Positions 53,101 through 64,000 of a stretch of DNA of 64,000 bases are shown here, one piece after another. This DNA is from Eledone cirrhosa. Its lineage: Eukaryota. The first letter of the stretch is position 1. Every line of letters starts with the position of its first letter. Position numbers and translations under genes: made by a program. The stretch is from contig OZ024741.1 in assembly GCA_964016885.1 (NCBI GenBank), forward strand, positions 213,652,001-213,716,000. Direction: 5' to 3'. The notes beneath the pieces were generated by a model, which saw nothing but the letters and a program-made list of their open reading frames with translations, was not told where the DNA came from and searched no databases.

Positions 53101-56100
53101 CAACACTACCATCACTATCACCAACATTACCATCACTATCACCAACATTACCATCACTATCACCAACATTACCATCACTATCACCAACACTACCATCACT
53201 ATCACCAACACTACCATCACTATCACCAACACTACCATCACTATCACCAACACTACCATCACTATCACCAACATTACCATCACTATCACCAACACTACCA
53301 TCACTATCACCAACATTACCATCACTATCACCAACACTAGCATCACTTTCACCAACACTACCATCACTATCACCAACAATACCACCACCATCACCAACAC
53401 TACCATCACTATCACCAACATTACCATCAATATCACCAACTCTACCATCACTATCACCAACACTACCATCACTATCACCAACACTACCATCACTATCACC
53501 AACACTACCATCACTATCACCAACACTACCATCACTATCACCAACACTACCATCACTATCACCAATACTACCATCACTATCACCAACACTACCATCACTA
53601 TCACCAACATTACCATCACTATCACCAACACTACCATCACTATCACCAACATTACCATCACTATCAACAACATTACCATCACTATCACCAACACTACCAT
53701 CACTATCACCAACATTACCATCACTACCACCAACATTACCATCACTATCACCAACATTACCATCACTATCACCAACACTACCATCACTATCACCAACACT
53801 ACCATCACTATCACCAACATTACCATCACTATTACCAACACTGCCATCACTATCACCAACATTACCATCACTATCACCAACATTACCATCACTATCACCA
53901 ACATTACCATCACTATCACCAACACTACCATCACTATCACCAACATTACCATCACTATCACCAACATTACCCTCACTATCACCAACATTACCATCACTAT
54001 CAGCAACACTACCATCACTATCACCAACATTACCATCACTATTACCAACACTACCATCACTATCACCAACATTACCATCACTATCACCAACATTACCATC
54101 ACTATCACCAACATTACCATCACTATCACCAACACTACCATCACTATCACCAACATTACCATCACTATCACCAACATTACCCTCACTATCACCAACATTA
54201 CCATCACTATCACCAACATTACCATCAATATCACCAACATTACCATCACTATCACCAACACTACCATTACTATCACCAACATTACCATCACTATCACCAA
54301 CACTACCATCACTATCACCAACATTACCATGACTATCACCAACATTACCATCACTATCACCAACATTACCATCATTATCACCAACATTACCATCACTATC
54401 ACCAACACTACCATCACTATCACCAACACTACCATCACTATCACTAACACTACCATCACTATCACCAACACTACCCATCACTATCACCAACATTACCATC
54501 ACTATCACCAACATTACCATCAATATCACCAACATTACCATCACTATCACCAACATTACCACCACTATCACCAACACTACCATCACTATCACCAACACTA
54601 CCATCACTATCACCAACACTACCATCACTATCACCAACACTACCCATCACTATCACAAACATTACCATCACTATCACCAACACTACCATCACTATCACCA
54701 ACATTACCATCACTATCACCAACACTACCATCACTATCACCAACATTACCATCACTATCACCAACACTACCATCACTATCACCAACACTACCATCACTAT
54801 CACCAACATTACCATCACTATCACCAACATTACCATCACTATTACCAACATTACCATCACTATCACCAACAACACTACCATCACTATCACCAACACTACC
54901 ATCACTATCACCAACACTACCATCAATATCACCAACACTACCATCACTATCACCAACATTACCATCACTATCACCAACACTACCATCACTATCACCAACA
55001 TTACCATCACTATCACCAACAACACTACCATCACTATCACCAACACTACCATCACTATCACCAACACTACCATCACTATCACCAACACTACCATCACTAT
55101 CACCAACATTACCATCAATATCCCCAACATTACCATCACTATTACCAACACTACCATCACTATCACCAACATTACCATCACTATCACCAACACTACCATC
55201 ACTATCACCAACATTACCATCACTATCACCAACACTACCATCACTATCACCAACATTACCATCACTATCACCAACAACACTACCATCACTATCACCAACA
55301 CTACCATCACTATCACCAACACTACCATCACTATCACCAACACTACCATCACTATCACCAACATTACCATCAATATCCCCAACATTACCATCACTATTAC
55401 CAACACTACCATCACTATCACCAACATTACCATCACTATCACCAACACTACCATCACTATCACCAACACTACCATCACTATCATCAACATTACCATCACT
55501 ATCACCAACACTAGCATCACTTTCACCAACAATACCATCACTATCACCAACATTACCACCACCATCACCAACACTACCATCACTATCACCAACATTACCA
55601 TCAATATCAACAACTCTACCATCACTATCACCAACACTACCATCACTATCACCAACACTACCATCACTATCACCAACATTACCATCACTATCACCAACAT
55701 TACCATCACTATCACCAACATTACCATCATTATCACCAACACTACCATCACTATCACCAACACTACCATCAGTATCAACAACATTACCATCACTATCACG
55801 TACACTTCCATCACTATCACCAACATTACCACCACTATCACCAACACTACCATCACTATCACCAACACTACCATCATTATCACCAACACTACCATCACTA
55901 TCACCAACACTACCATCACTATCACCAACATTACCATCACTATCACCAACATTAGCCTCACTATCACCAACATTACCATCACTATCACCAACATTACCAT
56001 CACTATTACCAACACTACCATCACTATCACCAACATTACCATCACTATCACCAACATTACCATCACTATCACCAACATTACCATCACTATCACCAACACT

Positions 56101-59100
56101 ACCATCACTATCACCAACACTACCATCACTATCACCAACACTACCATCACTATCACCAACACTACCATCACTATCACCAACATTACCATCACTATCACCA
56201 ACACTACCATCACTATCACCAACATTACCATCACTATCACCAACACTAGCATCACTTTCACCAACACTACCATCACTATCACCAACAATACCACCACCAT
56301 CACCAACACTACCATCACTATCACCAACATTACCATCAATATCACCAACTCTACCATCACTATCACCAACACTACCATCACTATCACCAACACTACCATC
56401 ACTATCACCAACACTACCATCACTATCACCAACACTACCATCACTATCACCAACACTACCATCACTATCACCAATACTACCATCACTATCACCAACACTA
56501 CCATCACTATCACCAACATTACCATCACTATCACCAACACTACCATCACTATCACCAACATTACCATCACTATCAACAACATTACCATCACTATCACAAA
56601 CACTACCATCACTATCACCAACATTACCATCACTACCACCAACATTACCATCACTATCACCAACATTACCATCACTATCACCAACACTACCATCACTATC
56701 ACCAACACTACCATCACTATCACCAACATTACCATCACTATTACCAACACTGCCATCACTATCACCAACATTACCATCACTATCACCAACATTACCATCA
56801 CTATCACCAACATTACCATCACTATCACCAACACTACCATCACTATCACCAACATTACCATCACTATCACCAACATTACCCTCACTATCACCAACATTAC
56901 CATCACTATCACCAACATTACCATCAATATCACCAACATTACCATCACTATCACCAACACTACCATTACTATCACCAACATTACCATCACTATCACCAAC
57001 ACTACCATCACTATCACCAACATTACCATCACTATCACCAACACTACCATCACTATCACCAACATTACCATCAATATCACCAACACTACCTCACTATCAC
57101 CAAGACTACCATCACTATCACCAACACTACCATCACTATCACCAACATTACCATCACTATTACCAACACTACCATCACTATCACCAACATTACCATCACT
57201 ATCTCCAACATTACCATCACTATCACCAACATTACCATCACTATCACCAACACTACCATCACTATCACCAACACTACCATCACTATTACCAACACTACCA
57301 TCACTATCACCAACACTACCATCACTATCACCAACATTACCATCACTATCACCAACACTACCATCACTATCACCAACATTACCATCACTATCACCAACAC
57401 TAGCATCACTTTCACCAACACTACCATCACTATCACCAACATTATCACCACCATCACCAACACTACCATCACTATCACCAACATTACCATCAATATCACC
57501 AACTCTACCATCACTATCACCAACACTACCATCACTATCACCAACACTACCATCACTATCACCAACATTACCATCACTATCACCAACACTACCATCACTA
57601 TCACCAACACTACCATCACTATCACCAACACTACCATCACTATCACCAACATTACCATCACTATCAGCAACACTACCATCACTATCACCAACATTACCAT
57701 CACTATTACCAACACTACCATCACTATCACCAACATTACCATCACTATCACCAACATTACCATCACTATCACCAACATTACCATCACTATCACCAACACT
57801 ACCATCACTATCACCAACATTACCATCACTATCACCAACATTACCCTCACTATCACCAACATTACCATCACTATCACCGACATTACCATCAATATCACCA
57901 ACATTACCATCACTATCACCAACACTACCATTACTATCACCAACATTACCATCACTATCACCAACACTACCATCACTATCACCAACATTACCATGACTAT
58001 CACCAACATTACCATCACTATCACCAACATTACCATCATTATCACCAACATTACCATCACTATCACCAACACTACCATCACTATCACCAACACTACCATC
58101 ACTATCACTAACACTACCATCACTATCACCAACACTACCCATCACTATCACCAACATTACCATCACTATCACCAACATTACCATCAATATCACCAACATT
58201 ACCATCACTATCACCAACATTACCACCACTATCACCAACACTACCATCACTATCACCAACACTACCATCACTATCACCAACACTACCATCACTATCACCA
58301 ACACTACCCATCACTATCACAAACATTACCATCACTATCACCAACACTACCATCACTATCACCAACATTACCATCACTATCACCAACACTACCATCACTA
58401 TCACCAACATTACCATCACTATCACCAACACTACCATCACTATCACCAACACTACCATCACTATCACCAACATTACCATCAATATCCCCAACATTACCAT
58501 CACTATTACCAACACTACCATCACTATCACCAACATTACCATCACTATCACCAACACTACCATCACTATCACCAACACTACCATCACTATCACCAACACT
58601 ACCATCACTATCACCAACATTACCATCACTATCACCAACACTAGCATCACTTTCACCAACAATACCATCACTATCACCAACATTACCACCACCATCACCA
58701 ACACTACCATCACTATCACCAACATTACCATCAATATCAACAACTCTACCATCACTATCACCAACACTACCATCACTATCACCAACACTACCATCACTAT
58801 CACCAACATTACCATCACTATCACCAACATTACCATCACTATCACCAACATTACCATCATTATCACCAACACTACCATCACTATCACCAACACTACCATC
58901 AGTATCAACAACATTACCATCACTATCACGTACACTTCCATCACTATCACCAACATTACCACCACTATCACCAACACTACCATCACTATCACCAACACTA
59001 CCATCATTATCACCAACACTACCATCACTATCACCAACACTACCATCACTATCACAAACATTACCATCACTACCACCAACACTACCATCACTATCACCAA

Positions 59101-59160
59101 CATTACCATCACTACCACCAACACTACCATCACTATCACCAACATTACCATCACTATCAC
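48500..59160. repeat. Higher-order units of about 3.7-3.8 kb, with a 7,482-bp double-unit offset
   Basis: Paired +C insertions (ACTACCCATC, 169 bp apart) at 50653/50822, 54471/54640, 58135/58304. Offsets 50511/57993 and 50653/58135 are 7,482; 49625/57086 is 7,461. Confidence 0.85.
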
Positions 59161-59799
59161 CTACACTATCATCACTATCACCAACACTACCATCACTATC
59201 ACCAACATTACCATCACTATCACCAACATTATCATCACTATCACCAACACTACCATCACTATCACCAACACTACCATCACTATCACCAACACTACCATCA
59301 CTAACACCAACACTACCATCACTATCACCAACACTACCATCAATATCACCAACATTACCATCACTATCACCAACATTACCATCACTATCACCAACATTAC
59401 CATCATTATCACCAACACTACCATCACTATCACCAACACTACCATCAGTATCAACAACATTACCATCACTATCACGTACACTTCCATCACTATCACCAAC
59501 ATTACCATCACTATCACCAACACTACCATCATTATCACCAACACTACCATCACTATCACCAACACTACCATCACTATCACAAACATTACCATCACTACCA
59601 CCAACACTACCATCACTATCACCAACATTACCATCACTACCACCAACACTACCATCACTATCACCAACATTACCATCACTATCACCTACACTACCATCAC
59701 TATCACCAACACTACCATCACTATCACCGACATTACCATCACTATCACCAACATTACCATCACTATCACCAACACTACCATCACTATCACCAACACTAC

Positions 59800-62700
59800 C
59801 ATCACTATCACCAACACTACCATCACTAACACCAACATTACCATCACTATCACCAACACTACCATCACTATCACCAACACTACCATCACTATCACCAACA
59901 CTACCATCACAATCACCATCATTACCATCACTATTACCAACACTACCATCACTATCACCAACATTACCATCACTATCACCAACATTACCATCACTATCAC
60001 CAACATTACCATCACTATCACCAACATTACCATCACTATCACCAACACTACCATCACTATCACCAACACTACCATCACTATCACCAACACTACCATCACT
60101 ATCACCAACATTACCATCACTATCACCAACACTACCATCACTATCACCAACATTACCATCACTATCACCAACATTACCATCACTATCACCAACACTACCA
60201 TCACTATCACCAACATTACCATCACTATCACCAACATTACCATCACTATCACCAACATTACCATCACTATCACCAACATTACCATCACTATCACCAACAT
60301 TACCATCACTATCACCAACACTACCATCACTATCACCAACACTACCATCACTATCACCAACACTACCATCACTATCACCAACATTACCATCACTATCACC
60401 AACATTACCATCACTATTACCAACATTACCATCACTATCATCAACAACACTACCATCACTATCACCAACACTACCATCACTATCACCAACACTACCATCA
60501 CTATCACCAACACTACCATCACTATCACCAACCTTACCATCACCATCACCATCAACACTACCATCACTATGACCAACATTACCATCACTATCACCAACAA
60601 CACTGCCATCACTATCACCAACATTACCATCACTATCACCAACACTACCATCACTATCACCAACATTACCATCACTATCACCAACACTACCATCACTATC
60701 ACCAACATTACCATCACTATCACCAACAACACTACCATCACTATCACCAACACTACCATTACTATCACCAACACTACCATCACTATCACCAACACTACCA
60801 TCACTATCACCAACATTACCATCAATATCCCCAACATTACCATCACTATTACCAACACTACCATCACTATCTCCAACATTACCATCACTATCACCAACAC
60901 TACCATCACTATCACCAACATTACCATCACTATCACCAACACTACCATCACTATCACCAATATTACCATCACTATCACCAACAACACTACCATCACTATC
61001 ACCAACACTACCATCACTATCACCAACACTACCATCACTATCACCAACAATACCATCACTATCACCAACATTACCATCAATATCCCCAACATTACCATCA
61101 CTATTACCAACACTACCATCACTATCACCAACATTACCATCACTATCACCAACACTACCATCACTATCACCAACATTACCATCAATATCCCCAACATTAC
61201 CATCACTATTACCAACACTATCATCACTATCACCAACATTACCATCACTATCACCAACACTACCATCACTATCACCAACATTACCATCACTATCACCAAC
61301 ACTACCATCACTATCACCAACATTACCATCACTATCACCAACACTACCATCACTATCACCAACATTACCATCACTATCACCAACAACACTACCATCACTA
61401 TCACCAACACTACCATCACTATCACCAACACTACCATCACTATCACCAACACTACCATCACTATCACCAACATTACCATCAATATCCCCAACATTACCAT
61501 CACTATTACCAACACTACCATCACTATCACCAACATTACCATCACTATCACCAACACTACCATCACTATCACCAACATTACCATCAATATCACCAACACT
61601 ACCATCACTATCACCAACACTACCATCACTATCACCAACATTACCATCACTGTCACCAACACTAGCATCACTTTCACCAACACTACCATCACTATCACCA
61701 AAATTACCACCACCACCACCAACACTACCATCACTATCACCAACATTACCATCAATATCACCAACTCTACCATCACTATCACCAACACTACCATCACTAT
61801 CACCAACACTACCATCACTATCACCAACATTACCACCACTATCACCAACACTACCATCAATATCACCAACACTACCATCACTATCACCAACACTACCATC
61901 ACTATCACCAACATTACCATCACTATCACCAACACTACCATCACTATCACAAACATTACCATCACTACCACCAACACTACCATCACTATCACCAACACTA
62001 CCATCACTAACACCAACATTACCATCACTATCACCAACACTACCATCACTATCACCAACACTACCATCACTATCACCAACACTACCATCACAATCACCAT
62101 CATTACCATCACTATTACCAACACTACCATCACTATCACCAACATTACCATCACTATCACCAACATTACCATCACTATCACCAACATTACCATCACTATC
62201 ACCAACATTACCATCACTATCACCAACACTACCATCACTATCACCAACACTACCATCACTATCACCAACACTACCATCACTATCACCAACATTACCATCA
62301 CTATCACCAACATTACCATCACTATTACCAACATTACCATCACTATCATCAACAACACTACCATCACTATCACCAACACTACCATCACTATCACCAACAC
62401 TACCATCACTATCACCAACACTACCATCACTATCACCAACCTTACCATCACCATCACCATCAACACTACCATCACTATGACCAACATTACCATCACTATC
62501 ACCAACAACACTACCATCACTATCACCAACATTACCATCACTATCACCAACACTACCATCACTATCACCAACATTACCATCACTATCACCAACACTACCA
62601 TCACTATCACCAACATTACCATCACTATCACCAACAACACTACCATCACTATCACCAACACTACCATTACTATCACCAACACTACCATCACTATCACCAA

Positions 62701-63750
62701 CACTACCATCACTATCACCAACATTACCATCAATATCCCCAACATTACCATCACTATTACCAACACTACCATCACTATCACCAACATTACCATCACTATC
62801 ACCAACACTACCATCACTATCACCAACATTACCATCACTATCACCAACACTACCATCACTATCACCAATATTACCATCACTATCACCAACAACACTACCA
62901 TCACTATCACCAACACTACCATCACTATCACCAACACTACCATCACTATCACCAACAATACCATCACTATCACCAACATTACCATCAATATCCCCAACAT
63001 TACCATCACTATTACCAACACTACCATCACTATCACCAACATTACCATCACTATCACCAACACTACCATCACTATCACCAACATTACCATCAATATCCCC
63101 AACATTACCATCACTATTACCAACACTATCATCACTATCACCAACATTACCATCACTATCACCAACACTACCATCACTATCACCAACATTACCATCACTA
63201 TCACCAACACTACCATCACTATCACCAACATTACCATCACTATCACCAACACTACCATCACTATCACCAACATTACCATCACTATCACCAACAACACTAC
63301 CATCACTATCACCAACACTACCATCACTATCACCAACACTACCATCACTATCACCAACACTACCATCACTATCACCAACATTACCATCAATATCCCCAAC
63401 ATTACCATCACTATTACCAACACTACCATCACTATCACCAACATTACCATCACTATCACCAACACTACCATCACTATCACCAACATTACCATCAATATCA
63501 CCAACACTACCATCACTATCACCAACACTACCATCACTATCACCAACACTACCATCACTATCACCAACATTACCATCACTGTCACCAACACTAGCATCAC
63601 TTTCACCAACACTACCATCACTATCACCAAAATTACCACCACCACCACCAACACTACCATCACTATCACCAACATTACCATCAATATCACCAACTCTACC
63701 ATCACTATCACCAACACTACCATCACTATCACCAACACTACCATCACTAT
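59800..63750. repeat. About 1.9-kb tandem duplication
   Basis: CTATGACC G at 60571/62479 (1,908); CTGTCACC G at 61652/63581 (1,929 = 1,908 + 21); intervening variants in the same order. Confidence 0.85.
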
Positions 63751-64000
63751 CACCAACATTACCATCACTATCACCAACAATACCATCACTATCACCAACA
63801 TTACCATCATTATCACCAACACTACCATCACTATCACCAACACTACCATCAGTATCAACAACATTACCATCACTATCACGTACACTTCCATCACTATCAC
63901 CAACATTACCACCACTATCACCAACACTACCATCAATATCACCAACACTACCATCACTATCACCAACACTACCATCACTATCACCAACATTACCATCACT

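Larger units (their letters stand above)
1..64000. repeat. Tandem satellite array, 21-bp monomer TATCACCAACAYTACCATCAC (about 3,000 copies), extending past both window edges
   Basis: The monomer is visible on every line, head-to-tail with no inversion. Two major types (CAC-TAC, CAT-TAC) plus single-base variants and a 24-bp variant with an extra CAA. All ORF translations have a 7-residue period. Confidence 0.99.

Noticed and set aside
50822-54640. (GDSDGSV)n ORF resembling SD-repeat adhesins or dentin sialophosphoprotein
   Set aside because: Similarity is compositional only; there are no flanking domains or anchor motif, and the ORF is bounded by +1 indels of the satellite.
7045-60572. + strand mucin-like (PSLSPTL), Thr-rich and His-rich (HYHHYHQ) ORFs
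   Set aside because: They switch among the three repeat frames at indels, start at sporadic variant ATG/TTG codons, and have no signal peptide or non-repetitive domain. Lack of stops follows from the lack of G.
696-63999. Long - strand ORFs of (VIVMVV/ML)n resembling membrane proteins
   Set aside because: Direct translation of the monomer; ATG/GTG occur in every repeat; boundaries coincide with repeat variants; a purely aliphatic kilo-residue protein is implausible.
1-64000. CRISPR array
   Set aside because: Repeats are directly adjacent with no unique spacers, leader or cas genes.
1-64000. Lambda operator (TATCACC) or tetO (CTATCA) half-site arrays
   Set aside because: Only short half-site matches, with no palindromic partner and no phage or vector context.
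1-64000. Stable G-quadruplex or i-motif array
   Set aside because: The consensus has only GG/CC pairs separated by 7-10 nt; at best weak two-tier structures, which cannot be supported from sequence.
1-64000. Telomerase-synthesised long telomeric repeat as in budding yeasts
   Set aside because: Rare variants are inherited in multi-kb duplicated blocks and the array exceeds 64 kb, which does not fit templated de novo addition. I do not recognise the monomer as a known telomere repeat.
1-64000. Sequencing artefact or synthetic low-complexity sequence
   Set aside because: Nested, consistent variant haplotypes and exact long-range offsets are typical of natural satellite evolution, although copy number of the large duplications still needs read validation.

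Overview
The whole 64 kb is one uninterrupted, single-orientation tandem array (satellite or very long minisatellite) of a 21-bp monomer, consensus TATCACCAACA[C/T]TACCATCAC, about 3,000 copies. I found no unique sequence, credible gene, RNA gene, transposon or CRISPR array. The ORFs in the track are translations of the monomer ([38 protein letters not shown]); five of six frames are stop-free simply because the + strand has almost no G. The structure of interest is nested periodicity: 3 bp (YAN triplets), 21 bp, 462 bp, about 5 kb subunits and a near-perfect 10,494-bp tandem duplication on the left. The right part has different duplication periods (3,429, 2,730, 6,215, about 3.7/7.5 kb, about 1.9 kb) and different diagnostic variant monomers. 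It looks like eukaryotic heterochromatic, (peri)centromeric or subtelomeric DNA, but neither organism nor function can be assigned from sequence alone. I see no support for a new protein-coding system. Offsets were read by eye from rare variants and ORF-track coordinates; block edges are approximate.
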